NCBI GenBank assembly: GCA_951406725.2
Contig: OX597816.1
Location: 57,164,001-57,228,000 of the forward strand
Length of the DNA stretch: 64,000 nucleotides
Origin: Octopus vulgaris
Taxonomy: Eukaryota
Direction: 5' to 3'
Within the stretch, counting starts at the first letter, position 1; every line of letters starts with the position of its first letter. A model generated the notes under the pieces. The model did not search any database. It was not told the origin of the DNA and saw only the letters and a program-made list of their open reading frames with translations. The translations under genes were made by a program, and so were the position numbers. Below, in pieces: positions 13,690-26,232 of this stretch.

Positions 13690-13905
13690 AAGTATTGGTC
13701 TCAGAAAGTTCGGGGTGAGGGAGGGGTGATAAGTCTATTACATCGACCCAAGTACTCAATTGGTAGTTATTGTATCGACCCTTAAAAGGATGCGAGGAGA
13801 TAAAATTGACACGGACGGGATTTGAAATCAGAACGTATATTGCCGGAAGAAATGTTACTAAGCATTTTGTCCGACGTGCGAAGCATTCTACTAGCTGCTG
13901 CCTTG
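13690..13905 (-). mobile_element. SINE family A, diverged
   Basis: Degenerate reverse match to the ggcgagctggcagaa...cctttcatcctttcggggtcgata consensus. Confidence 0.65.
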
Positions 13906-14711
13906 AAACTCTTGTAAAGAATACAATATAGAATATTCCGAGAAATTCCATGACTGACTCGAGATTCCAAAGAAGAAAGCTGTGAGCATCAGGTGATGCA
14001 AAGTTTAGAATCGGTTTTTATATCTAAAGGTGAATAATTGCGTTGAATATGGAATATTCCTTAGAATATTCTAAAAAGGATGTCAGGTTTTAAAACAATT
14101 AATTAGGCCCCAATACAGCCTTAAACTTCGGCTATTATTGGTTAGTGAAATTAAGTTCGGCCTCAATTTCTGCTTTTCCGAAATATATGATGGTTTTACC
14201 ATACAATTGGTGTCTCCCTATATTTATTTTGATGGAAGATTCTTCACACAAAAAAAAGATTACAGAAAAAGTAAATAAAACTAAAACGAAGGCATTAATA
14301 GTTTTCCAGTCAGGTTTTAATATTTTAGCAGAAGCTGGCCATCTGTGAAAACATCCCACACACGATTAATTCGTTGGTTGTTTTTTCTGTTTGGCCGTAG
14401 AAGGAGCTTATCTTATATAAAACATCCACAACGGTCATATTTATGCTGTGTTAATTATTTAACTTTAAGTCAGTTTTGATAGAGTAGACATTCCAGCAGT
14501 GACCATCCTGTAGCAAAATATATAAAACTTCAATAGCTGCGCTCTTTTTGTTTATTGTTGTTTTGCTTTAAGTCGCCCTGACTGCCGGAGTGTTTCATCT
14601 GTCCTTCAAGATAATGAAATATGGCGGGAGGGATATTGCTATTTCTAGCGAACCCAGCGAAATGAAGGGTCTATATTAAAAATGTATTAATAAGATAATA
14701 CTGCCATGGGG

Positions 14712-14915
14712 CAGAGAGCTGGCAGAACCGTTAGCACGCCGGTCGAGATGCTCAGCTGTATTTCTTCCAGCTCTTTACAGTACGAGTTCAACTTCCCCCG
14801 AGGTCGATTTTTGCTTTTCATTCTTTCGGAGCCTAGAAAATACCAGTTTAGTATTAGGGTCGATATAAGTGACTAACGTCTTACCCAAAATTTCAAGCCT
14901 TGTTTATAGTAAAAA
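14712..14915 (+). mobile_element. SINE family A, diverged
   Basis: gagctggcagaaccgttagcacgccgg...gagttcaa...gaggtcga. Confidence 0.75.
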
Positions 14916-15558
14916 GTCTATAAATATTGCCATGGAAGAGCCAATTTAGCCCTTTTTTTATTATTCCTTGAGATGTCAAAATCGTCGTTACACGTCTGTA
15001 CCCTGTTCACACACGCATTTCCGCTGGATCTGTTGAAAATTAGTTTCTGGCGAGTTTTTTATATGCTTCAGCATGTTTTCTTTACACTCTATTTAAACTG
15101 TGGGACATTCGGATCAACTGCACAGTTGTTGTTTAACATTTTGACGCGGGCCAACTTGGGCCACTTGCCTTCCCCTATCACTCGCACACACACACTGGTA
15201 CCATGTAGAAAAACCGCCAATCATTCGAACTCACAAGGGAGATTCGAAGGAATCACTCCACCTGCTTTGAATAGCAGCCAAATCTCCCTCAAATTGTACT
15301 ATGCCATCTTAAGCATGCATTGTAGAGTATAAACTCTGATACATAAATTTACAGGATGGTCACGTCTGAAACGATTTTGATCGCAGGTAAGCTCTATCAT
15401 AGTGACCCAGTGTTAGAAAACAAAGTCTATAAGTGGTGCAGCCATAGTCGTAATAATTTTACTGCTATTAGCATCAAATCTGACCCTGCTGATTCTCTCT
15501 CTCCTTATAGATATGTATGCTTGTATGTATACGTATGTATACGCATATATACTTATAC

Positions 15559-15629
<71 letters not shown>

Positions 15630-15636
15630 CATATAG

Positions 15637-15850
15637 ATCAGGTCAGGTCAGGTATGCAAGGGTATGCACCTTTGCAGCGCTTTGCTGCATTCACCATTTG
15701 TCCGTATATTCCTGGGTTCTTGCGGGTGACCAATTAAGCGGAGTCCCAGTCAGCCTCCCTATCTTCGCGAGATACCTCTTCATCGGCTGTATGGGAATCG
15801 GTATGCTAAGGAATAGACCCAACGTCTCTTCAGCGTGCCGCAAATGGCGA
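15637..15850 (-). mobile_element. RTE-type LINE 3' end
   Basis: Terminal (cctga)n tail. Degenerate C-terminus reads ...MKRYLAKIG...NAAKRCKGAYP. Confidence 0.5.
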
Positions 15851-16351
15851 CTAAAAGAGTTCAAGGAAGGATCTGCAACCCAACCTTGCAAAACCCCTCA
15901 CCAGCAACAACCTTTTCTACAAATACCCAAACTTCTCCCCTCAGAGGAAGCATATGAACTGCCCTTTAAAGCCCGTTGTATGAAACGATTGGGGCAAAGC
16001 CATAAGGAACCCCATCCGCCGAACAGGGAAAACCCAAGAGGTCAGGATGGGTTGGAGTGCTGCCGCCTGAATGATGCAAAGCTGTCATCCGTTAGGTGTG
16101 GGAAATCTCGGTTCAATTTGTGGAAGCCTATTTGGGTGGGAACCCGGAATTTTCTCTTTCTGAGGGATGATTCCTGTCTGTCCCTAGATACATATACATA
16201 TAAATGTGTGTGCATATATATATATATATGTGTGTGTGTGTAGATACATACACGCAGACCTACAAATTCATGGAACGACATGATAGAGCATCTCCCCGGT
16301 TCCTTTGATTCTCATTCTTCATTTTATTGCACTCAATGTTTACCATCTTTA

Positions 16352-16560
16352 AGGTGGCGCGCTAGTAGAACCTTTATCATACCCGGATATATGTGTAGCG
16401 GCAGTTCGTTTGTCTTCATGTTCTGAATTCAAACTCCACTGAAGTCGACTTTGCCTTTCATCGTTTTGGAGTCGATAAAATAAATACCAGTTGAACACTA
16501 GGTGATCAGCTTACCCCCTCCCCCGAAATTGCTAGCCTTATGCCAAAATTTGAAATCAAT
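16352..16560 (+). mobile_element. SINE family A, diverged
   Basis: gtcgactttgcctttcatc...gtcgataaaataaataccagtt. Confidence 0.7.
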
Positions 16561-17249
16561 ATTTACCATCTTAAACCCAATAAATCAGTCGTAATCGATC
16601 ACCTTATCTATCATATTCAGCCTCTTTTTTGCATACACCCTCTCCTCTTCCTCCTCCACACACCACCAGCCAATCACTTATTTGGACTTCTGCATCATCA
16701 AAGCCCTTCAAGCACAAATCAGATTGGTAGCTTCTACTTGAGTGTTCGACCTGTATAAAATAGAACCTTAATGTCCCTCAAATCAGATCCTTACATTCTT
16801 CAGATAAAAAAAAAATAACGTTGGAAACGGAAACATTAGATAACTTAATTCAAGATGCACTGACTTGAAGTTAAGACAAGATGGTCGTGGCTGGAGTTCT
16901 TTTGATCATATATCTGCTGTTTCAGAACTCTCTTGGGACCGAGCAATAATCGCTGTGGCACAAGAAGAGTCTGGCAAAGTTTCTAGTCTGTGACTCCATC
17001 TGATTCTCATCTTTTGGCAAAGTAATTTCCAGTCAAACCGCGCCGTCCCAGCGTGTGTCGACGAGCAGCGTTTTCACTCATATTCTATTAACGTTCTTCT
17101 GCTTCTGTCTTCGATACAACACATTCCTTTGCCAATTCCTTTAACAAGCTTTTAGCTTCTTTTTTTTTTTGCACAAAAATATTATTTTCGCATTTCTTTA
17201 ATGGAAACAATTCAGGAACGACAGTTCTGTTGGTAGACACGATTACTCT

Positions 17250-17251
<2 letters not shown>

Positions 17252-17319
<68 letters not shown>

Positions 17320-17440
17320 CAGCAGCAGCAGAAGCAGCAGTAGTAGTAGTAGTAGTGGTGGTAGTGGTGGTAGTGGTAGTGGTAGTGGTGTTAGTAGTAG
17401 TAGTAGTAGTAGTTGTTGGTGGTGGTGGTGTCGGGTAGTG
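17252..17440. repeat. (TAG)n/(CAG)n/(TGG)n trinucleotide array
   Basis: Visible array. Confidence 0.95.
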
Positions 17441-18494
17441 ATGGTGGTCGTGTTTATTGCAATTTGTGTAGAGTATTGTTGTTGTTCAACCCTAGGATAG
17501 TTGCAAATACACAAACCTATGATCGAAAGCGCTCCACTTGTGAACATCTTGACTTTTCATAAGACTATAGTACGTAATTTGAAGAAGACCTGGTTATTTC
17601 TAACTGAGCAAGCAACCTCAAAGAGGTTCTCTCATTCACTATGATATTAATGTTTATAGTTTAGTTGGTGGTGGTGGTGCTGCTGGTGGTGTGATTATTT
17701 TTGTTGTTGTTATTGTTGGTGCTGGTGTTTCGCCCCATTGGTTGGGATTAAACGAGACACTTACAACCAAAGACAATCCATCCAGGACCATCTTGTCTAT
17801 ATTTCAGACAATATACCTCAAGCCAAACCAGCGAGATTCCATAGTCTAAGAGAAGTCGAGGATAGACATCAAGAGACGTGACCTCTTCATTATGTGAGGC
17901 CACAATTGGAGCGCTTCAGTGATACATTTACTTCATCAGGATTGACCTTGGATAAACAACAACGAAAGCAATAACAACTAGCTGTGTTGTAGGGGTGAGT
18001 GCAGTTGTGGCCATGGTAAACGGGGTGTTTGTAGAGGTTTTTGAGAGAAGATAGGGGAGGGATGTTTAAACACCACAAGTTACCCTAACCTCCTGTTAAT
18101 TGAAGAAACTTTTGTTTTATTAGCAAGGAGTGGAAGAGGTAACATTATACGGTGAACTCGGCACAACAATGAGTATTGTGAGAGAAGGGTCGGAATGTTT
18201 GAGGACATCCGTTAATATCAGCAGATACGTATCAGGCAGGAGAATGTCGAACAGAGGAACCCTAATAAATAAATCTGTGTGTGTGTGTGTGTGTGTGTGT
18301 GGGTGTGTGTGTGTGTGTGTGTGTGTAGATAAAATGGCACACACAGAAGTAGACTGTCCTTAAACAATCGAAACAATAGACATATTTTATTACATACTCA
18401 GCAGTAAATATGTTAATTACGTCCATGTCTAAGATAACCTAATCAGTTCTACCAACCTAATCAGTGTCAACTTTTCATTTTAGATTGTCTAGAT

Positions 18495-19342
18495 CAGTGG
18501 TTCTCAACCATTTTTCACCAACGGACACCTTTGATTTCTGTTAAACTCGAGTGGACCCTTCTAACCATTTAATGCTTTAAAAAATTTTATATTTTTTTAA
18601 AGAATAAAATATTTTGAAGAATACAACAATACACTATAATAACAACAATGGCGGCGGCGGCGGCGGCGTTGTTGTTGTTGTTGTGGTGATGGTGGTGGTG
18701 GTGTGATTGGTGGTGGTGGTGTGATTGGTGGTGGTGGTGTGATTGGTGGTGGTGGTGTGATTGGTGGTGGTGGTGTGATTGTTTTTGTTGTTGGTGGTGG
18801 TGGTGGTGATGGTGTGATTGTTTTTGTTGTTGGTGGTAGTGATGCTGGTGGTGCTTGTATTTCGCCCCATTGGTTGGGCTTAAATGAGACACTTATAATC
18901 AAAGACAATCCATCCAGGACCACCTTATCTATATTTCAGACAATATACCGAAAAAAAAAAAAAAAGCCGTTGAAAAACCGATTATAGCAGCGACTCCATC
19001 AATTCCTAGGGATATCTAAAGAAAGAATTTTTATTCCGAAATATCGTATCAGACTATGGATAATTAAATTACAACAGTTCTTATAGTCCATTGTTTGTAT
19101 TATAGAGCATTGTTGTGCTATTCAAAACATTTTATTCTTTACAAACAACACGCAATGCTTCAAGCGAACTACAATACTCTCTTATAGTTTTTATAATTAA
19201 ACATTATTAGGAATTGTGTCAAAAAATTGTTGAAATATTTTGTGCATTGTAGAAGTATGACCAATTTATTGCAGATAAATTTTAACAACAAAATCTTCTA
19301 TGGACTCTCAATTGCCATGTGGACCCCGAGTAAGAAACACTG
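18495..19342. mobile_element. hAT (Charlie-type) non-autonomous element with nested insertion
   Basis: Ends CAGTGGTTCTCAACC / GAGTAAGAAACACTG with a perfect 8-bp target-site duplication (TSD) GTCTAGAT (18487-18494, 19343-19350). This is the NTCTAGAN target typical of Charlie elements. Confidence 0.85.
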
Positions 19343-19837
19343 GTCTAGATTATTGCTCCAGATCATAAAAGATAACACTCGACATCCTCGAGTTGAATGC
19401 TGCGCTTTTAAAAGAAATCGCCGTTTCTTTTACCCAGAAACGGTTCCAGCCTTGCCTGACGTCATAAGACGGGACGGGATCTTTTCTTTATCAGAAGAGA
19501 AAATGTTGTGATGTGTGTCTGTGTGTGTCTTAAGCAAACGAGAAACTCTCTGCTTGGAACATGGAATTAACATGGAATTTTGATGGAGGGATTTGATTTA
19601 CGTCACTTGAACTTTTTTCTTACCATATTTCTGATGAAGTATTCTACATCCGTTTTAATAAATCTTGAAAACAATGAGGAATTTAGTAAAATAACTTAGT
19701 TATTATTTAATTAGTAAAATAACTTAATTATAATTTATTAGGAATATAAATTACATGAAAATTTGATTGAAGGTTCTAATTTATATCATTTTAAAACCAG
19801 AAATATGTATCAGTGAACTAGGGTTGGTCTCTCAGAA

Positions 19838-20239
19838 AAGTGGTGAGCTGGCAGAAACGTTAGCACGCCGGGCGAAATGCGTAGCAGTATTTCGTCTGCC
19901 GTTACGTTCTGAGTTCAAATTCCGCCGGGGTCGACTTTGTCTTTCATCCTTCCGGGGTCGATTAAATAAGTACCAGTTACGCACTGGAGTCGAAATAATC
20001 GACTTAATCCGTTTGTCTGTCCTTGTTTGTCTCCTCTGTATTTAGCCCCTTGTGGGAAGTAAAGAAATAGGTATTTAGTCTGTCGCTACGTTCTGAGTTC
20101 AAATTCCGCCCGGGTCGACTTTGCCTTTCATCCTTCCGAGGTCGATTAAATAAGTACCAGTTACGCATTGGAGTCGATATAATCGACTTAATCCGTTTGT
20201 CTGTCCTTATTTGTCCTCTCTGTGGGCAATAAAGAAATA
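19838..20239 (+). mobile_element. SINE family A dimer
   Basis: Two tandem bodies. 18-bp TSD agggttggt(c/t)tctcagaa at 19820-19837 and 20240-20257. Confidence 0.92.
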
Positions 20240-20791
20240 AGGGTTGGTTTCTCAGAAGGGTCAAAGGAGTTGATCCCTGCTCACTGATTTAAATTTCACT
20301 TCCCAACGGTTCCCCTACTGACGCGTTAAGGGAGTACATTGATCCACAACAGTACAAATTGTACGATAAGACACCGATGTCGTTTAGCTCCGAGTCAGTC
20401 GTGACTGCGCAGGCGTATGACAAAGACACTCCAGCAGTGCCCATCGGTAGATCAGGAATCTATCAAAGTAGGAACGTATATAGGCAACTATATCGTCACA
20501 ATACTACACCGCTCTATAAAACAACCTCACCTCTGCATTTTTTTTATTATTTTGCATTGGTCCGAAGGACAATCTCATAAGCTCTCCTCGACGGGGAGGG
20601 CGTCTGGTGATCACAATTCCTGCCGCCATTTTCGGTCTGTAACTTCCGCATAAAATAGACATTAATTTGAAGATGCGTGATACAATATGTGACTGCGCTT
20701 ATATATCTACGTGTATATGAGTGTGTATGTGTGCGTGAATGTACATATATATACACACACATCTATGTACGTATGTATGTAATATGAGTGT

Positions 20792-20834
<43 letters not shown>

Positions 20835-21489
20835 GTGTGTGTGTTGAGAGAAGCTGTGATGAATGGTGGATGTGTATTTGTCCATGTCTGTTTAATGATG
20901 GGTTTCACTGAAATGTTTTAGGAAGTAAATGGAAGGGAAAGCTGTCAAACACACACACACGTACACACATACATATGTGTGTGTGTGTGTTGTGCGCGCA
21001 GCAGATTAGACAACGTAATTACATACGGGTATGTAGTCGTGTATATAAAGGTATACATGTAGGGTGGGGAGAGAATGAGAGGGAAAGGGAGAGAGAGAAA
21101 GAAAGAGGAGAGTGAGAAATAGAGAGAGTGAAAATATCTATGTGTGCGCGCGTTTTGTGCCGTATATGCTTATATATCCATAAAACATGGATTGAATCTA
21201 AGACAGAAAAAAGGAATCTACGCATATAAACAGTTGCCTAGATGCATAGATATAAGTATATATATATGTGTGTGTGTGTAAATATGTATCTGTGTATGAG
21301 TGTGTAAATATGTGTGTGTGTGTGTGTGTATGAGTGTGTAAATATGTGTGTGTGTGTGTGTATGAGTGTGTAAATATGTGTGTGTATCTATAGTAAAATA
21401 AGGATTCAGATAGAATCAGGTACTTGAAAAGATATGCACCAGGTAGGGTTGGCTGGACAGACAAACAGACAGGCAAGCAGGCAGGCAGG

Positions 21490-21490
21490 C

Positions 21491-21585
<95 letters not shown>

Positions 21586-21610
21586 CAAATAGACAGACAG
21601 ACAGACAGAA
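21490..21610. repeat. (GATA)n/(GACA)n microsatellite
   Basis: Visible array. Confidence 0.95.
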
Positions 21611-22039
21611 AGACGGACTGATGGATAGATGGAAAAACGAGTAGATAAATACCATACACAAATAGAAATGTAATCAAATGCCATACAAGGTAAATTTTTG
21701 ATTTATAAAGATCCTATTCCCATCTCCAGTGGAAGTGTCATAATTCCCACTGAATAAAAATACTTATCATGAAAATAATTTGCACAGAACTGAGCAAAGA
21801 GAAATAATTTCGAGTGGCCAGTGTCATGTGGTCCAAAAAACACAGACTGGTTGCAATCTTTCATAATTCTTTTGTTTTTTAACCTTTTCAGGGATTTTGT
21901 GGACTAGGTCCTGGAAATTAATTATGGAAAAATATGGCACTGTACCACGCACTCAAGTGGTGAAATTGTTCCATCAAAATAAGGGGTCAGTTATTCAAAC
22001 CTAGGAAGCACCAAAGAGAATTGCACGTTAAAACTTATT

Positions 22040-22152
22040 GCACATGCACAGTAGAGTTCAAGGTCAATCTGCCAACCAAGTGGCTTTTACTTTGCGTGCT
22101 TTAGCTTCGTTACTATGGCAACAGTCCGGATACTTATTGACCAGACCTCGTA
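22040..22152 (-). mobile_element. Mariner-like terminal arm, same family as 59435-60295
   Basis: gctttagcttcgttactatggcaacagtccggatacttattgaccagacctcg-TA. Confidence 0.75.
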
Positions 22153-22228
22153 TAAATGTGTGCGTGTATGTTTGTGTGTACATATATTTATAGAGAGGGG
22201 GAGGGAGGCTGGAGATAATTGAGAGATA

Positions 22229-22450
22229 AATATTTCTTTACTGCCCACAAGGGGTTAAACATAGAGGGGACAAACAAGGACAAAGGAATTACAATGACCC
22301 CAGTTGCAAAACTGGTACTTTATTTATCGACTCCGAAAGAATGAAAGGCAAAGTCGACCTCGGCGGAATTTGAACTCAGAACATAACGACAGACGAAATA
22401 CCGCTAAACATTTCGCCCGGCGCGCTTAACGTTTCTGCCAGCTCGCCGCC
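22229..22450 (-). mobile_element. SINE family A, full length
   Basis: Consensus match. 16-bp TSD agataattgagagata at 22213-22228 and 22451-22466. Confidence 0.92.
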
Positions 22451-22541
22451 AGATAATTGAGAGATATAAAAGAGAAATAACTTCAGATGTTTAAAGAGAG
22501 GAGGAGGAGGAGGAGGAGGAGGAGGAGGAGAAAGTTAGCTT

Positions 22542-22573
<32 letters not shown>

Positions 22574-23011
22574 ACCAGCGAAATCCGGTGAAAGGAAATG
22601 AGTGCGACGAGGTGTAAGATGTTTTGGTTTTCCTTGAATGAGTTGTAAAATTGGAGCAAGGGAAGTTCCTTCGACAATGTTTACTTAAGAAACGTCGAGA
22701 AAGGAATACCTCTGCCATGTTTTAAATGCTTTTTTTGCGAAGTCAGTTTGGCGTCTGGACAGCTGCAAAGGAGTTTTCCGCTTTAACCCCCGCCGCCGCC
22801 ATTATTTCCATTTATTACATGTGTCTCACCCTATGACACAAACCATGTCCCTTTTTTAAGGAATCAGATGGCTGTATTGGTCCCTATATCATCGGGTATA
22901 GTGAAGTACTTCCAAACACTATCACCATACACTTGTTACACATACACACACACATAAGCATATATACACAGAAACTTACATAAATACACACATATATATC
23001 CACATATATAT

Positions 23012-23065
23012 GGGAACGTAAACACACCAACATCGGTTGTCAAGTGATGGTGCGAGTACAAACAG

Positions 23066-23096
<31 letters not shown>

Positions 23097-23296
23097 TACA
23101 GACACACACACACACACATACATACAGACACACATGACGGGCGTCCTTCAGTTTCCATCTACCAAATCCACTGACGAGGCTTTGGTCGACCTGAGGCTAT
23201 AATAGAAGACACTTGCCCAAGGTGCCATGCATGGGACTGGACCCGAAACCATGTGGTTGGTGAGCAAGCTACTTACCACACAGCCATTCCTGTGCC
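23012..23296 (-). mobile_element. SINE family B, 5' two-thirds
   Basis: agaagacacttgcccaaggtgcca...accatgtggttggtgagcaagctacttaccacacagcca. Confidence 0.85.
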
Positions 23297-23301
23297 TACA
23301 A

Positions 23302-23346
<45 letters not shown>

Positions 23347-23423
23347 AATATATGTATACATACCTTTATGCATGTATCTAAATAGATTGATGGATGGATT
23401 TATATATAGATACACATACACAT

Positions 23424-23458
<35 letters not shown>

Positions 23459-24231
23459 GAGAGAGAGAGAGACGTCATCTTATATACCCTCTTAGAGTGC
23501 TGGGTTACCCTAAAAATACGTGAAGGTCATGGTCAGAATGTCTTTAATCTTTAGGTTCCTCGATCCCAGTTGAACCCGGCTTTAACAACGGCACCATTAA
23601 CTAACTTCTATTGTAGAAATGAATCTTTGCCATGTTGAGGGTTGGATTTTAATGGGAAACGGACTATTTATGAAATCGTAAAACTTTGCAAGTCACCTAA
23701 GGTGTGTTGTCGTTATAACAACACCTGTTACACCTGTTGGCTGTTAATGATCCTTTTTGTTGATGTCTGCCATGATTGCAAGATTCATTTCAGGATGAAC
23801 GATGGCGGGGATAAAATAAATTTGGACAAAGGCCAAGTTAATCTAGTTCTGTGTTCTGTAAAATAAAAATTGCTGATTCTTACGTAACAGACACATACCA
23901 CCAGAGAGACGGGGAACATAGACAACATGAAACTGTCACTGGCCATGATAGAAACAGCAGTCACATTTCTCATAAATCAAGTAGCTAACCTAAAAACAAA
24001 GAGGAAAGACACATTGAAGAATGTATTCCTAGTTACCCAATTCTTAAAGACCCGATGGATGAGTCAATATTGGCTTCAATATCTTTGCCAAATAATAATG
24101 GTTCTCCCAGAAATTACATAAAGTTATGCTAGACAAACCTGTAAGGGCCAAACTAAAGCAAAAGTGCGGAAATGATTATAAAATTATTGACATAGGTCGC
24201 TCCAGTTGCACAAAATGTGAGTGTGTATGTG

Positions 24232-24905
24232 TGTGTATGGTGGTTGTCCACTCCTCATACGGTGTCTGACCACCTCTTGTACTAACACCTTAGATCCATC
24301 ATGGCGTCTGATGTGGTTTTTTAAACCAGACATTGTATTGAAAAGACACCCAAATAGATTCCATATCTGATTTGGAATAACCAAGTGGATCCTAAAATGT
24401 TTTTTGAGACCTCTGTTAGATTTGAAGACCTTATGGCATATATGGCATTGAAAGGTGAGCACAGACATATAGGCAGAATAGATGGTGGTGGTTCGTTTGT
24501 CATGGGTCCGCAAATGAGATTTAAGCCCAGCAAAAGAAAGTCATGGTTTGTCACAAACTGTGCGCACAAACAGATCACTAATATTCACCGTTTCGATCGG
24601 AACATTCTTCTTAACATTGCTCTTGAGACCTGCATGTATCATCCTGACTTCCTCAAAAGCTTTCACTACACTCCACACTGTTGTTCGCCATCCAGCTCGA
24701 TCCGAATCAAGGGTTTCTATCGCCTTTGGATCCATTCCAAGTAACTTCATGGTAGTCCTTATGCCGTCCTTAAACCTCTTTTTAGGTTTTCACCGGTTGC
24801 GTTTCCCCTCTGCAAGATCGCCATAAAACAATTGTTTGGGTGTGCGTTCATCCGCCATTCGAACAATATGACCAAACCATCTCATTTGATCCTTCAGAAT
24901 CATTA
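24232..24905 (-). mobile_element. RTE-clade LINE 3' end with C-terminal C2H2 zinc fingers
   Basis: QMRWFGHIVRMADERTPKQLFYGDLAEGKR...KKRFKD...DRAGWR, then CHICHKVFKSNRGLKKHFRIH flanked by two decayed fingers. Confidence 0.85.
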
Positions 24906-25071
24906 ACTGACGCAAAGCCATCTGTATACGCAAAGACATCTATGTCTGGAGTAAAAAAAAAACAACGCCCCATTTCATGTTTAAATGTGGCGAAGGTATT
25001 TTTGGTGGAATCGTTCTAACAAACGATAGAATGATAAATGTGTGTATGTACGGATGCATGCATGTATGAAC

Positions 25072-25129
<58 letters not shown>

Positions 25130-25131
<2 letters not shown>

Positions 25132-25870
25132 GGTGAGGAGTGACCCTCTTCGGTCATTGTATGACCATGGGATTGCATCTAGAAGGTTCTCCTCCGAGGC
25201 ACAATTTGTTATCAAAGATGTGTGCTGTCATGCATTTTCATGGTGAATGTAGATCATGTTCAGATTTTTATTTGGTCTGTTCCTTGTAATATCGTCTCGA
25301 GTTTCTTCAGTATTTCAGAAGCTGTTTTCAGTACAACCACCTTCCAAAAATTCAGATGGCCTTGCCGTCCTATAAAACAATTCTGACGGTTGGCTCTTGA
25401 ACTTCCGAAACCTATGAACAGAGGTATGACGCCATTCCATTGACTCAGCCTCTGCTTTTGGATTATAAAGATAAGGTCATATTCCATCTCCTGTTACTAA
25501 ATTGGAAAAAACGGATATCTTCATTGGCTTCAAACGCTTCCAGCAGATCAGAGCAGACCCTCATATCTCTCTCCTTCAAATCGACTGCTGAAATACCTTC
25601 ATTGCACATACTTTCCGTTACGTGGAGTCTTCCACCATCTTCTATAATGTATTGTGACCACAGTCTGGTCATGCAGCAAGTTTATGGATTGTGACGTGCA
25701 GGAAGCTTACATCTGTCCACGGAAATCAATTTGTCCATTCGCTGGAGATTTGGGTCAATGGTCACCGCGTGGTTTATCTTCAATACTGGTTTCCCCTCCT
25801 TTAAACTTCATTCATCTATGCACAATGATATTTTCAATGGTGTCATCTCTGTGGAGAACCTGAACGTTAA
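25130..25870 (-). mobile_element. Heavily degraded non-LTR retrotransposon remnant (possibly R4-type)
   Basis: Fragments such as RLW...EDGGRL and HLITNC resemble the post-RT and CCHC regions. Many frameshifts. Confidence 0.35.
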
Positions 25871-26174
25871 GCCTTTTTCCAAGACTGAGTTATGGTTTGA
25901 TGGAGAGATGGTTACTATTTCTAGCAGATCGAACGCCCACATTGAGGATCATTTGTTTTCTTTCCACGTATTCTGGTTTAGCGATATGACGGTAAGTTAT
26001 CAGTTAATCGAAAGTTCCATTTCCTACTTCATTTATCGTATTAGCACAAATATTCTTGAGAAAGGCATGAACATCTCACTTTCTCATTATCTCTCACCAA
26101 TAGATTCTATCGTAAGAACAGGATTTGGAAAGCGTTAAATCAACAGAAAGAGAATCAGCAGAAATGTAGTAATT

Positions 26175-26232
<58 letters not shown>

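Noticed and set aside
15356-16243. 295-aa ORF
   Set aside because: A chance read-through of a SINE-like fragment, (TA)n and an antisense LINE tail, with no coherent domain.
18700-18830. Regular 15-bp ggtggtggtgtgatt repeats (CRISPR-like or Pro-rich protein)
   Set aside because: No unique spacers and no cas genes; a simple minisatellite in eukaryotic DNA.
24184-24513. Host C2H2 zinc-finger gene
   Set aside because: The fingers are contiguous with an RTE LINE C-terminus and are decayed.
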